Shown here: in pieces, positions 26,288 to 35,412 of the stretch
Position numbering within the stretch: position 1 is the stretch's first letter
Layout of the letters: each line of letters opens with the position of its first letter
Origin: a virus
Taxonomy: Duplodnaviria > Caudoviricetes
Virus record (IMG/VR): IMGVR_UViG_3300049979_000170
Coordinates: 11,027 to 75,026 of that record
Length of the DNA: 64,000 bases
Reading direction: 5' to 3' (one strand)
The notes under the pieces: generated by a model
Seen by the model: the letters and a program-made list of their open reading frames with translations, nothing else
Told to the model about the DNA's origin: nothing
The model's database searches: none
Program-made: the position numbers and the translations under genes

Positions 26288-26646
26288 CCCTTCAAAACAC
26301 GGAGATTCAGAATCTCGGCGGCCTGTCCTGGCTTGATTGCCCCTTTCGGGAGTGGGCCGCCGTAGGTCCACGCGAGAACATCGCGTAGGTAGACTTCGTG
26401 GTAGTCGATCGTATCGCACCGCCCGTATTGGTGAAGGCGATACTCACGTCTTCCAGACGGATACTGCATGAGAAAGAATGTGATTTCTTCGTCATACGTG
26501 GCGAAGTCGGCCGCGTCCTGAGGGTCTTCGAAGGGCCAGTCCACTTTGTGATCGACCATTGCAACCAGGGTTGGTGCAATCAGCCCGAGACGTTCGAGTG
26601 CAATCAGGGCTGGGTTGAAAATTGGATACATAGGAATGGCCTTCAA
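26272..26646 (-). CDS. hypothetical protein
   Basis: ORF track; plausible globular sequence. Confidence 0.55.
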   Translation of the reverse strand: MKAIPMYPIFNPALIALERLGLIAPTLVAMVDHKVDWPFEDPQDAADFATYDEEITFFLMQYPSGRREYRLHQYGRCDTIDYHEVYLRDVLAWTYGGPLPKGAIKPGQAAEILNLRVLKGQVAE

Positions 26647-26715
26647 AATACCGCTTCACTGTAAAGCGGCAACCCGTTAAGAGCAAAATTAATCAACAAG
26701 ATTCGGAAGGAATCG

Positions 26716-26970
26716 ATGGCCTACGCTCTGAACGAAGTTCTCGACTACGTCGCTTACGCGCACGCGCGGAACCAGTCGTTCCCCTACGTGGATTTCGTCG
26801 CAGATGGCCTCAAAGTGCCCCAGAAGCTCCGTGATGGAGCCGTGGTGTTCCCGAACGGGTGGGCGGATGCGAAGCGTCTGAATTGGCGGCGCCGCCACAA
26901 GCTAACCATTCCGGACAAGGTCGTACGGGACCGCCGGGCTCCGTACGAACACGCCCCGGTGATGGATTAG
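26716..26970 (+). CDS. hypothetical protein
   Basis: GGAAGGA RBS. Confidence 0.55.
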   Translation: MAYALNEVLDYVAYAHARNQSFPYVDFVADGLKVPQKLRDGAVVFPNGWADAKRLNWRRRHKLTIPDKVVRDRRAPYEHAPVMD

Positions 26971-27329
26971 CCTTTTGGTGCAGCGAATCGCATCTTGAAG
27001 GCGAATCCTACCAAACACTGAGAGAATCGGAACGTCGCCATCCGACTGTTGCGCCGGTACATGAACCGGGAGAGCTTCCCGCTTTCGGGTGAGCGCATGT
27101 TATCGGGGTCATTGATCCACGCGACCACGTCATCCCAATCGCCCCCGTCGATTACGATTTTCGGTCCCGGAATGCCCGATTGCCTGTTCTGGGTATGGAA
27201 GAGTGTCTTATTGCGCGGGGGAAGCCGTAGGCGGGCAGGCTGCTTGCTCAGCCACTCCGCAAACTCCGAAGGGTGTGTGGCCATCCAGCGCCGTGTGGCG
27301 GCGATCTGCGCGGCACTCCGTTCAGCCAT
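26967..27329 (-). CDS. RW-motif family protein (divergent)
   Basis: Ends FRFSQCLVGFAFKMRFAAPKG. Confidence 0.65.
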   Translation of the reverse strand: MAERSAAQIAATRRWMATHPSEFAEWLSKQPARLRLPPRNKTLFHTQNRQSGIPGPKIVIDGGDWDDVVAWINDPDNMRSPESGKLSRFMYRRNSRMATFRFSQCLVGFAFKMRFAAPKG

Positions 27330-27336
27330 CCAAGCC

Positions 27337-27561
27337 TCAGTGTGTTGGTGTACCTTCGAGCTTTGCCTCCAGAGCCCTACAAAGATCAAGTAGGTTCTGC
27401 GGAAGCTCGGCTGTGGCGGTCTCCTCCCACGCGCGAACGAGAGTGTCGGTCACCGGCAGGTATTGCTGTGATCCGGACGGGCATAGACCCTTGGCTAGCT
27501 TCTTGGACATTTCTCGCTGACGGATAAATTCCGCACGGTCTAGCTTAACAGTAGATGACAT
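27337..27561 (-). CDS. hypothetical protein
   Basis: CAGGGG RBS; short ORF. Confidence 0.5.
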   Translation of the reverse strand: MSSTVKLDRAEFIRQREMSKKLAKGLCPSGSQQYLPVTDTLVRAWEETATAELPQNLLDLCRALEAKLEGTPTH

Positions 27562-27655
27562 GATAACCCCTGAATTCGTAGCCAAATGACCACATTCCAC
27601 CCTTTTAGGTCAAGCTACCATGACCTCACAAAACCCGATTGATATTATACTGTAC

Positions 27656-28744
27656 TTAGAAGTCCGTTTCGGGTTTAACTGCCTTGAACAGCGGTACCTT
27701 TTCAGCCCTCTTTCGTCCGTCCTTAAACACAGACACCTTATCGTTGTTGATAAAGTCTTCGAGTAGACGGTGCGCAACACTCCAATGCCCTCGGCGATAG
27801 TCAAGCTCCTGAACGTACCAATTACGTCCTTCCAGTCGGAAAAGAGTTTCAGGAGAATAATCCGTTCGGAGATAGTAATCGCCTTCATTGGCTTCTAGCG
27901 GAAACTTGGAGCCCGACCCGAGGGACTTCGCGCCATTAGGCGGCGTACCATCGCCCGCATAGACCCACGGATTCTGCCTACCGGTGATGCCACCCTCACC
28001 TTCGATGATATAGAAGTGCCGAGTCTCGAAATTGCGCGCCTTGACGTTCTGCTTTGCAAGCTCGACAACCTCTTCGTTCAACTGAAGTTCCACCGCTACC
28101 GCCGAGAGAGTCTGTCCAAGAATCGTCCCATCATCGACGCCGAAGGGATTCGTACCCGCACCCTCCAGAATATCCGCATATGCCTGAGTTGCGGTCATCG
28201 GCTCGCACTTTAACCGCCACACGTGGGGGAACCACGTCGCCGAATACCCACTCGATGCCCGACTCGTATCGGTGATTGAGTAGAATTTGTTAATTGCAGG
28301 GGCATCCGGATCAAGTAGCGCGTCATCGCGCTGGTGAGGGAGTTCGATAACGTCGCCCGCCATAAGCTTACGCCCAATCTGGGCAATCATATCGTTTAGA
28401 TGCACCTCAATGAAGAGCGTATCCCCGGTCAGAAATAGTCCAAACTGTTTAAGGTCGAAATCATTATCTTGTACGTTGTAAGTACCACGCATCTCATAGA
28501 CTGTGGTATCGTACTTTCGATCTCTATTCTCTAAGAATAGAGGGTCCTGAATCGACCGTTCAGTAATTGCCTTGACAGGGTCTCCAGGCTTAGCCGTGGA
28601 CGGGTCTGTCTGATCATGCGGCCCAAGATACTTGTGCACGTACAGAGCAGTTCCAGACGCGAAGAAGTAACCAGAAATCTGGCGATCAATGAACTTGTAG
28701 TCGGCACCCTTTTTGCCGCTATTCCAAAGGCTAAGTCTAGGCAT
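27656..28744 (-). CDS. gp14: Neck/head-tail joining protein (T4 gp14-like)
   Basis: MPRLSLW...DYKFIDRQI...LYVHKYLG...QDPLFLENRDRKYD...DLKQFGLF pattern; perfect TATAAATA at 28750-28757. Confidence 0.75.
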   Translation of the reverse strand: MPRLSLWNSGKKGADYKFIDRQISGYFFASGTALYVHKYLGPHDQTDPSTAKPGDPVKAITERSIQDPLFLENRDRKYDTTVYEMRGTYNVQDNDFDLKQFGLFLTGDTLFIEVHLNDMIAQIGRKLMAGDVIELPHQRDDALLDPDAPAINKFYSITDTSRASSGYSATWFPHVWRLKCEPMTATQAYADILEGAGTNPFGVDDGTILGQTLSAVAVELQLNEEVVELAKQNVKARNFETRHFYIIEGEGGITGRQNPWVYAGDGTPPNGAKSLGSGSKFPLEANEGDYYLRTDYSPETLFRLEGRNWYVQELDYRRGHWSVAHRLLEDFINNDKVSVFKDGRKRAEKVPLFKAVKPETDF

Positions 28745-28868
28745 AGTGCTATTTATAGATAAATTATTTTATGAGATATCTTCATGATGGAGATAGAGAA
28801 TGGTATTGATCATAGGCTTTATCATTATTTTTCTGATTGTTATTACATCTACATAACAAAATTTGAAG

Positions 28869-29432
28869 CTATCTATCAGGCGTATCTTGAGAAATACGCC
28901 AGACTTGCTTTGGACTAAAAATTGCGTAGCTTAAAGAACCGCTATCCTCGACCCGATTGACATAATGAATGCCGTCGAAGCCTTCGCTCATGAAAAATTT
29001 AATAATTGGCGCCCACGACCTGACTCGTTTGACCTTAAGCTGACGAAGTTTGTCGAAAATAACACCTTCGTCCGAAATACCCTCGTCAAACAATTGCGTA
29101 CAATAGCCAATGTCATTTAAGAAAGCTTCAATGTTATGGTTCCAGCCGTTGTCAACAAAACGGCAGGGGTTTTGTATAGATAGATGTACACCTATAACGT
29201 GACCTTCAGCGTCTAAGTGCTTTAATCGATCTTGTGCTGCACCTTCTGTACCAAAGTGGCTCATGGGCTTAAATGAATTGAACGTTGCGCTTGTGCCGTG
29301 AAACATGATTGCTGGAGTACCGTCACTGTTCACTGCTTTAGATTTACTAAACCATTGTCCGAATGCTGGTGAGCTTGATGCAATGGTCTCGCGCTGTACT
29401 CGCTCTATAAGATTTATGTAGGACCTGATCAT
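28869..29432 (-). CDS. ART-PolyVal-like ADP-ribosyltransferase domain protein
   Basis: FGQWFSKSKAVNSDGTP.IMFHGT...HFGT...VHLSIQNP...GFDGI...YAIFSPKQV, as in polyvalent-protein ART domains; TAAATA at 29469-29474. Confidence 0.6.
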   Translation of the reverse strand: MIRSYINLIERVQRETIASSSPAFGQWFSKSKAVNSDGTPAIMFHGTSATFNSFKPMSHFGTEGAAQDRLKHLDAEGHVIGVHLSIQNPCRFVDNGWNHNIEAFLNDIGYCTQLFDEGISDEGVIFDKLRQLKVKRVRSWAPIIKFFMSEGFDGIHYVNRVEDSGSLSYAIFSPKQVWRISQDTPDR

Positions 29433-29510
29433 CAATATGTCTTCCTTGCGAATTAGCAATCATGAACGTATTTACCCGACTTCAACAATGGCTTTGGCCT
29501 AAATAGTTTT

Positions 29511-30281
29511 ATGAGTATCCCAGCCCGCCAGAAACTGATTCGAGAAGTCCAACTCCGCCTTGGTGGCGGAATGGTAGATATCGAACTCGATCCCGCCCAC
29601 TACGATCTGGCTGTCGATCTTGCCCTCGACACGTATCGTCAGCGTTCTCAGAACGCTATGGAGGAGTCCTTCCTGTTCCTCGACGTCCAACCGGACGTGG
29701 CCGTGTACACTCTCCCCCGCGAGGTTCAGGAGGTCCGCGACATCTATCGGCGCAATATGGGTGGAACCTCGGCCGGGTCCGGCGCCACCATCGATCCATT
29801 TGGTCTCGCCTACACCTCCAGCCTGTACCAGCTTGGCGCAGGCGGCTCGAATACCGGCGGCATGGGCGGGATGAGTTTGGCTACATACGAGCTTGGTATG
29901 CAGTATCAGGAACTCTTGGGCCGTATGTTCGGGCGAGAGGTTCAGTTCAATTGGAATCCAGCAACGAAGAAAATCGTGATTCAGCGCCGCTTCCAGGCGA
30001 CCGAAGAGATCGCCCTTCAGGTCTACAACACGAAGCCGGAGGAAGTCCTCCTCGAAGACCCCTATGGCCGCCCATGGCTTCGCTCCTATACGACCGCGCA
30101 ATGCAAGCTTATGCTCGGCGAAGCCTATTCCAAGTACTCAGGTCTCGCCGGTCCCCAGGGCGGGATTACCCTCAAAGGCGACGCACTTAAGGCTGAGGGA
30201 CAAGCCGAGATCGAAAAGCTTGAAAAAGAAATCTACGATCTCGTTGATGGCCATGTTGGCTATCACTTCATCGTCGGTTAA
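29511..30281 (+). CDS. gp13: Neck protein (T4 gp13-like)
   Basis: LRLGGGMVDIELD..HYDLAVDLAL...WLRSYTTAQCKLMLGEAYSKY...GGITLKG..LKAEGQAEIEKLE; TAAATA at 29500-29505. Confidence 0.8.
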   Translation: MSIPARQKLIREVQLRLGGGMVDIELDPAHYDLAVDLALDTYRQRSQNAMEESFLFLDVQPDVAVYTLPREVQEVRDIYRRNMGGTSAGSGATIDPFGLAYTSSLYQLGAGGSNTGGMGGMSLATYELGMQYQELLGRMFGREVQFNWNPATKKIVIQRRFQATEEIALQVYNTKPEEVLLEDPYGRPWLRSYTTAQCKLMLGEAYSKYSGLAGPQGGITLKGDALKAEGQAEIEKLEKEIYDLVDGHVGYHFIVG

Positions 30282-30286
30282 CCACG

Positions 30287-30652
30287 ATGACACGTCGTGT
30301 CACTCTTTCTGATATTGAACTACGGAGTGTGCGACAAAGAATGTTGCTTGATGATGTGATCCTTCACATCCCCTTGGATAAGCTCAGCATACTACTTTGG
30401 TGGGTTGATTGTGAAGAAATCAACCCCGAGTCAGCTAACGCGCGTTACAAATACTCTGCCCATGTCGAGCTTCTACCAGAAATATCGGATTGGTGTGAAA
30501 GATATCTTACTGGATTCCCAACTTTTACAGTGTGCGATTTCCCCCAACCTGATTACGAACAGTATTTGAAACCATATGTGGAGGCTCCAAGTCTTGAGCT
30601 TCACTTTCTATCACATTCGGACGCGATGCTTTTTAAGCTTCGATGGTTTTAA
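30287..30652 (+). CDS. RW-motif family protein
   Basis: WCERYL; ends LHFLSHSDAMLFKLRWF. Confidence 0.7.
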   Translation: MTRRVTLSDIELRSVRQRMLLDDVILHIPLDKLSILLWWVDCEEINPESANARYKYSAHVELLPEISDWCERYLTGFPTFTVCDFPQPDYEQYLKPYVEAPSLELHFLSHSDAMLFKLRWF

Positions 30653-30658
30653 GTATAC

Positions 30659-30934
30659 ATGTGGACATCTTTAAATACTTTGATGTCAGAGCGAAAAAGT
30701 CCCTTTGAATTTCATCTGATGCTCCCCCTGCATCTTGTTTCCACCCTCGGGCTGTTTTGGTGCTCCGACAATCCCCTGTTGATTCTGCGCGAAGATGTGC
30801 TCGAATGGCTGGAAGCTAATGACATTTGCTACTCGATCTCGTACGACGAAACTGACCTTGAGGACGAGTGCGATCATTTTATCTCGTTTCAAAGTCACTA
30901 CGATTCGTTCGCATTTAAGATGCGTTGGTTCTAG
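30659..30934 (+). CDS. RW-motif family small protein
   Basis: Ends ISFQSHYDSFAFKMRWF. Confidence 0.7.
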   Translation: MWTSLNTLMSERKSPFEFHLMLPLHLVSTLGLFWCSDNPLLILREDVLEWLEANDICYSISYDETDLEDECDHFISFQSHYDSFAFKMRWF

Positions 30935-30945
30935 GAGAGGGACGT

Positions 30946-31341
30946 TTGGATCAAATCTATTTGTACATCCTGATGCGCCAGGATTTGGCGTCGATGAACG
31001 CCGGTAAAGCGGTCGCCCAGGGCGCCCACGCGGCGAACCAGATGGTCTACGAGATGGACCCCGGCAATCCCGACCATAACGCATGGCTGACCGCATGGCA
31101 GGGCGAAACCGGCAAGGGGTTCGGTACCACCATCACCTTGGATGTTCCCGGTCGCAAGCTCACCACGGTGGTCGAATGGGCCAAGCTGCTGAACCTCCAC
31201 GCAGGCGTCACCCACGACCCCACGTATCCGTTGAAGGACGGTGACTCGTTCCACCTGATCCCCCTGGATACGTGCGCGTACGTGTTCGGCCCCAAGGGTC
31301 TGTGCCAGTTCGCGGTACGCGACTTCAAATTAATGGACTAG
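30946..31341 (+). CDS. Peptidyl-tRNA hydrolase 2 (Pth2)-like protein
   Basis: YILMRQDL.SMNAGKAVAQGAHA...DPT...TCAYVFGP; TTG start with GGAGAGG RBS. Confidence 0.7.
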   Translation: MDQIYLYILMRQDLASMNAGKAVAQGAHAANQMVYEMDPGNPDHNAWLTAWQGETGKGFGTTITLDVPGRKLTTVVEWAKLLNLHAGVTHDPTYPLKDGDSFHLIPLDTCAYVFGPKGLCQFAVRDFKLMD

Positions 31342-32429
31342 ATCGCGCCAAGGGGTGCTTCCAACGAATAGACCAGCCCGGACGCCTCATAGGTCGAGGT
31401 GCCCTGGCTCCCTGGTACGGACAGCCCCATCCCGATCAAGGTTGACCCAAAACCACGTTGAGAAGGTTCCATGGCAATACTTGGTCCACCAGTCTCGATC
31501 CATTTGAAATGGAACATCGTTGGGGTTGTCCACCATGTAATAGACACCTGACCACTGTCCGTTGAGAGGGCGCCATACTTGATTGAATTCGTTGAAAGCT
31601 CATGCAGGATCAAGCTAAGTGATACCGCAGACCGAGCCGAAATTGTGATATCCGGACCCTCTTCGCTGATCTGCTCTCCATCGTAAAGATCGATCATGGC
31701 GTAAACGATTTGCTTGATCGTCGAGGAATTTGTCTTACGAATCAGGATATCGTTAGCGCGACTCAAGGCATGGAATCGCGCGTACATCACCGTCTTGGCT
31801 TCCTCCAGATTGCACCCCTTTCGAAGAGTTGCCCCGACGATCGACTGGATCAACGAGAACATGTTCTTCATTCGATGAGCAATCTCGGTCTTCAAGATAG
31901 CTTGGCGATGCGTAAAATCACGAGTCTCGATCGATTTTACGACCTGACGAGACAGTGCCCACAAACACGTGGTCTGACGCTCGTTAAGACCCTGCGGCCT
32001 GGGGTTGAAGTCCACAACGCACAAAGCGCCATAAACAAAATTACTTTTTCCTATAAGGGGAACCCCTGCATAGAACTTATAGTACGGAGATGTTTGAATG
32101 TAAGGTAAGTTCTTAGTCAAATCTTCGGTTGAAAGGTCTTTGACAACGTAGATATCTTTACGCTCTACCGTGATAGAGCATACTGCATTGTGCCTCTCAA
32201 TGAATTCAACCTCTTTGAATCCAACGCTACCTTTGAAGATAGCATCATTTTCAGAGATGATATTGACCATAGCCGTATGAGAGTCGCAAATTTCTTTTGC
32301 AACCAAACAAATATCATTGAAATCGTCTTCGAACCCAACGCTCAAGAGTTCGAGATTATTCAAAATATTTTGGCGGTTTGGCATTATCTCGGTCTCGGTT
32401 TCGCTGATATTATCCCGAACGGATGTCAC
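31338..32429 (-). CDS. GAF-domain HWE-family sensor histidine kinase
   Basis: GAF (FYAGVPL...GALCVVD), H-box EIAHRMKN, N-box ELSTNSIKYGALS, WIETGGP and GFGSTLI. Confidence 0.88.
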   Translation of the reverse strand: MTSVRDNISETETEIMPNRQNILNNLELLSVGFEDDFNDICLVAKEICDSHTAMVNIISENDAIFKGSVGFKEVEFIERHNAVCSITVERKDIYVVKDLSTEDLTKNLPYIQTSPYYKFYAGVPLIGKSNFVYGALCVVDFNPRPQGLNERQTTCLWALSRQVVKSIETRDFTHRQAILKTEIAHRMKNMFSLIQSIVGATLRKGCNLEEAKTVMYARFHALSRANDILIRKTNSSTIKQIVYAMIDLYDGEQISEEGPDITISARSAVSLSLILHELSTNSIKYGALSTDSGQVSITWWTTPTMFHFKWIETGGPSIAMEPSQRGFGSTLIGMGLSVPGSQGTSTYEASGLVYSLEAPLGAI

Positions 32430-32445
32430 AGCGCAATCGGAGTCG

Positions 32446-32643
32446 TTATCCGTAGATGCTAGATTGGCCCTCTTTTACAACTTGGCCGATCGAAAGATCA
32501 ACCACCTGCCACAAATCATAATCAAAGCGTTCGCTCGACCCATGGGATTCGGCATCTTCGATCGTGTCAAAGCTCCCGATGAAATCTCGAAATCCGCCGC
32601 TTGGATAGTAGCGCGATCCGGCGAAGAGCAGGTAGCGGTTCAT
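32446..32643 (-). CDS. small hypothetical protein
   Basis: YLLFAGSRYYPSGGFRDFIGSFDT, a common phage hypothetical pattern. Confidence 0.6.
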   Translation of the reverse strand: MNRYLLFAGSRYYPSGGFRDFIGSFDTIEDAESHGSSERFDYDLWQVVDLSIGQVVKEGQSSIYG

Positions 32644-32906
32644 CGGATGAGTCCGAGTTCGAGCGCGGTACGGCGCATGTGGTCGATCCCCGTGGGGATC
32701 GACATCTCGACCCCGCCACGGTTGACCCAGGTATCCACGTCGTAACCCGCCGCCAGCGCCTTCCGGTACGCCTCAGGGAGCGAGTATGCGTTCAACTCGA
32801 CGATCTCGACGCTGGTCGGAGTGGTCTCCACACGAAGCCAGAACGGGCACATCGTGCTGGTACGGCTGATCTCGGCGTTGTCGAACACGATCGTGGTTTT
32901 GGTCAT
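32640..32906 (-). CDS. early hypothetical protein
   Basis: AGGAGAGG RBS; promoter at 32935-32962. Confidence 0.65.
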   Translation of the reverse strand: MTKTTIVFDNAEISRTSTMCPFWLRVETTPTSVEIVELNAYSLPEAYRKALAAGYDVDTWVNRGGVEMSIPTGIDHMRRTALELGLIR

Positions 32907-32934
32907 TCGGGGAACCTCTCCTGTTGATTCCCCG

Positions 32935-32962
32935 AATGTACATCATTTAAAAAATAAGTCAA
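32935..32962 (-). promoter_or_regulatory. sigma70-like early promoter TTGACT-N16-TACATT
   Basis: Direct match. Confidence 0.65.
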
Positions 32963-33282
32963 CTGTAGACGCCCTGACCCCCACCGGAGTGGCGGCGCTC
33001 GAAATCGTCCCAGAACTCGCTCTGACGTTTTAGTGCGGCCTCAGCCTCGGCGCGCTCCCGTGCTTGCTTGCGCATGCGCTCTGCATAGCGCTCCGGATAG
33101 TGTCTGCGCTCGAAGTCGTCCTCGATCTCTTGATCGTATCGTCCACTCCCGTAGGGCATTGCGGCCCTCCTTTCGTAAAATTCGTAGCAGGTTCGCATCT
33201 CTTTGCAACGAAGTACGGACGAATCTGTGGATAAGCCCTGACATGCCATTTGCATTGTCATTTGCATCTCATTTGCATTCAC
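32959..33282 (-). CDS. hypothetical protein (start uncertain)
   Basis: Charged helical C-terminal part looks coding; the N-terminus overlaps the TTTGCAT repeats. Confidence 0.4.
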   Translation of the reverse strand: MNANEMQMTMQMACQGLSTDSSVLRCKEMRTCYEFYERRAAMPYGSGRYDQEIEDDFERRHYPERYAERMRKQARERAEAEAALKRQSEFWDDFERRHSGGGQGVYS

Positions 33283-33340
33283 GCAAGTCTAGTCTAAGTG
33301 TCTGGTCCAATTGTGTCGTCGTTTGCATTCTCGTTTGCAT
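33249..33340 (+). repeat. Five direct TTTGCAT repeats (operator/iteron-like)
   Basis: Copies start at 33249, 33261, 33272, 33322 and 33334 (spacings 12, 11, 50, 12). Confidence 0.7.
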
Positions 33341-33418
33341 TTGAAAATCATGCAATACTTGACTGAATCACTTTAAAAAGAGATTCATGCTTCGGTACAA
33401 AAGCATAGAGGCGAGCAA

Positions 33419-33688
33419 ATGAACAAGCTTTGGAAACCAGTCGAGCCTTGGCTGCGGCAGATCATGGAAGAACGCGGCTGGAAGATCAGCGATTGGGTCG
33501 ATCGCGCTGGGATGCCGCACAGCACGCTTTCGCGTCCCATGAATAACAAAAATCACAAATCTGGCCCATCCCTGCAAACGTTGACCCGTCTCGCCGACGC
33601 CGCTGGAGTTCCGATCCCGTATGAACTGCTCGCGCGCGCCCGTCCGGGGGTCAAGCAGGTTGGCCGTCGCGCATGGCGGAACACATAA
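33419..33688 (+). CDS. XRE-family HTH transcriptional regulator
   Basis: LRQIMEERGWKISDWVDRAGMPHSTLSR...PSLQTLTRLADAAGV. Confidence 0.75.
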   Translation: MNKLWKPVEPWLRQIMEERGWKISDWVDRAGMPHSTLSRPMNNKNHKSGPSLQTLTRLADAAGVPIPYELLARARPGVKQVGRRAWRNT

Positions 33689-33713
33689 ATCGACTTTGAT
33701 GAATAGTTCCTGT

Positions 33714-33742
33714 AACATCTCAAGTATATTACTTGAGATGTT
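33714..33742 (+). repeat. Perfect 13-bp inverted repeat just upstream of the dNMP kinase start
   Basis: AACATCTCAAGTA-TAT-TACTTGAGATGTT. Confidence 0.7.
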
Positions 33743-33744
33743 TT

Positions 33745-34386
33745 ATGAAACTCGTTGCTTTAGTCGGATTTATTGGCTCTGGAAAAGATACGGTCGGTCG
33801 CCATCTGGTTGAAACCCATGGTTTTTATGACATGGCCTTTGCGGATGCCTTGAAGGATTCGGTCGCGGCGATGTTCTGCTGGGACCGGGTAATGCTCGAC
33901 GGTAAGAATCCCCAGAGCCGGGATTGGCGCAATCAGGTCGATCCTTGGTGGGCCAAGAAATTGGGAATTTCCCAATTTACCCCTCGCTGGGCTCTGCAAA
34001 ATATCGGTACCGAAACACTTCGACGCCACTTCAAAGACGACCTGTGGATTCTGAACGTTGAGCGCCGAATCATGAATCTGCGCGAGGAGCATGGCGAGGG
34101 CGTCAGGATCGTCCTCACCGATGGGAGATTCCCCAACGAACTCAAGATGGTCCATAACCTCGGCGGAAAGGTTGCCCGTGTTCGTCGCGGCGCCGATCCG
34201 GACTGGTATGGACAGGCGCAACTGTTCAACAACCCGGCTCTACGCTCGATCGATGTGATTCCGGCTCCACTGCGTGCGATTCATGAATCCGAATGGGCTT
34301 GGATCGGCTATCCTATGGATCAGACCATCGAGAACGACGCCCTCCTCGACACCCTCTTTGCTCAAGCGGATAATCTTGCACTATGA
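33745..34386 (+). CDS. Deoxynucleoside monophosphate kinase (T4 gp1-like)
   Basis: GFIGSGKDT P-loop, AFADALKD, TPRWALQNIGTE, IVLTDGRFPNE, HESE. Confidence 0.88.
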   Translation: MKLVALVGFIGSGKDTVGRHLVETHGFYDMAFADALKDSVAAMFCWDRVMLDGKNPQSRDWRNQVDPWWAKKLGISQFTPRWALQNIGTETLRRHFKDDLWILNVERRIMNLREEHGEGVRIVLTDGRFPNELKMVHNLGGKVARVRRGADPDWYGQAQLFNNPALRSIDVIPAPLRAIHESEWAWIGYPMDQTIENDALLDTLFAQADNLAL

Positions 34387-34607
34387 TCGACGAACCCGAA
34401 CACGAAATCGATGTGAAAATGTTCATCGAGCGGCTGGACAGAAGCGCGTCCGTGCTTAAGGAACAGGTTGCCTCGGTGATCGACTATCACATGATGGCCA
34501 TTGCGGACGAACAGGGCCTGACCAGCATCCTTCAGCACATCGGAACGATCGTTCAGGCGAGCACCGGGGACCCGCGACCGCTCAAGGTGACCGTGGAATT
34601 CATATGA
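34383..34607 (+). CDS. hypothetical protein
   Basis: ATGA-coupled ORF. Confidence 0.55.
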   Translation: MIDEPEHEIDVKMFIERLDRSASVLKEQVASVIDYHMMAIADEQGLTSILQHIGTIVQASTGDPRPLKVTVEFI

Positions 34608-35224
34608 ACGTGGGCGAACAGCCGATCTGCCTCTCCGGAGGCGCTGACGGATCAGATTTGTTGTGGGGAATGTGTGCGGGCACGGCCGGGCATCAGGTTA
34701 TCCATTTCGGATTTCCCGGACACGGTTCGAAGGCTCCGAAGGTGGAGCAGGTCATTCTCACGCATGCCCAACTGTCCGAGGCCGATCCGTTCCTGATTCG
34801 CGCAAACATCACGCTAGAGCGGACGTTTCCCGGCCAGGGGGAGTACTCCAATAATCTGCTGCGGCGGAATTACTTCCAGCAGCGAGACACCCAGAGCATG
34901 TACGGGGTCGTACTGAAGCTCGACAGTAAGGGGCGTCTGGACGGCGGTACTGCCTGGGCGTTCCAGATGTTCATCGACCGCCACGAGGGAGCCGCGTGTG
35001 CGGCCTTCGTGTTCGACCAGACCCAGGACACGTGGCTGACCTGGGATGGCACTCAGTGGGTCAGGATTGAGACGAGCGACGTACCCAAGCCCACAGGCGT
35101 ATGGACGGGCATCGGGTGCCGCGCCCGCAATCTTGGAGTCAATGGGAAGAACGCCATTCGAGGGCTTCTCGACTACCCACTGCTGCCGGTCTACGAATCC
35201 CCGCAGTTGGGTCTTCCCCTGTAG
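34604..35224 (+). CDS. SLOG/YspA-like nucleotide-binding hypothetical protein
   Basis: CLSGGADGSDLLWG...LLRRNYFQ...GGTAWA...GIG pattern. Confidence 0.5.
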   Translation: MNVGEQPICLSGGADGSDLLWGMCAGTAGHQVIHFGFPGHGSKAPKVEQVILTHAQLSEADPFLIRANITLERTFPGQGEYSNNLLRRNYFQQRDTQSMYGVVLKLDSKGRLDGGTAWAFQMFIDRHEGAACAAFVFDQTQDTWLTWDGTQWVRIETSDVPKPTGVWTGIGCRARNLGVNGKNAIRGLLDYPLLPVYESPQLGLPL

Positions 35225-35412
35225 ATCAGGGGTGACCGTGTAGGGCGAGGAGTTCAGCGAGCTTCGCCTTCTCCGCTGCAACCCTGGCGGCCTGAGCGGC
35301 GGCGGCACGCTGATCCTCGACCTTCTTCTTTGCCTCGGCACGCTTCTGCGCCGCGTCGTCTGCCTCGGCTTGTGCAGGGGTGACCGACCCCGAAGGGCCG
35401 GTCCGTTTCGGA

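Noticed and set aside
29499-30101. Long antisense ORFs opposite gp13, the GT, terminase and the 55616 gene (e.g. 29499-30101, 23041-23751, 54087-54680, 55799-56281)
   Set aside because: These are shadow frames produced by high GC3 codon bias, and the opposite strand carries the recognisable proteins.
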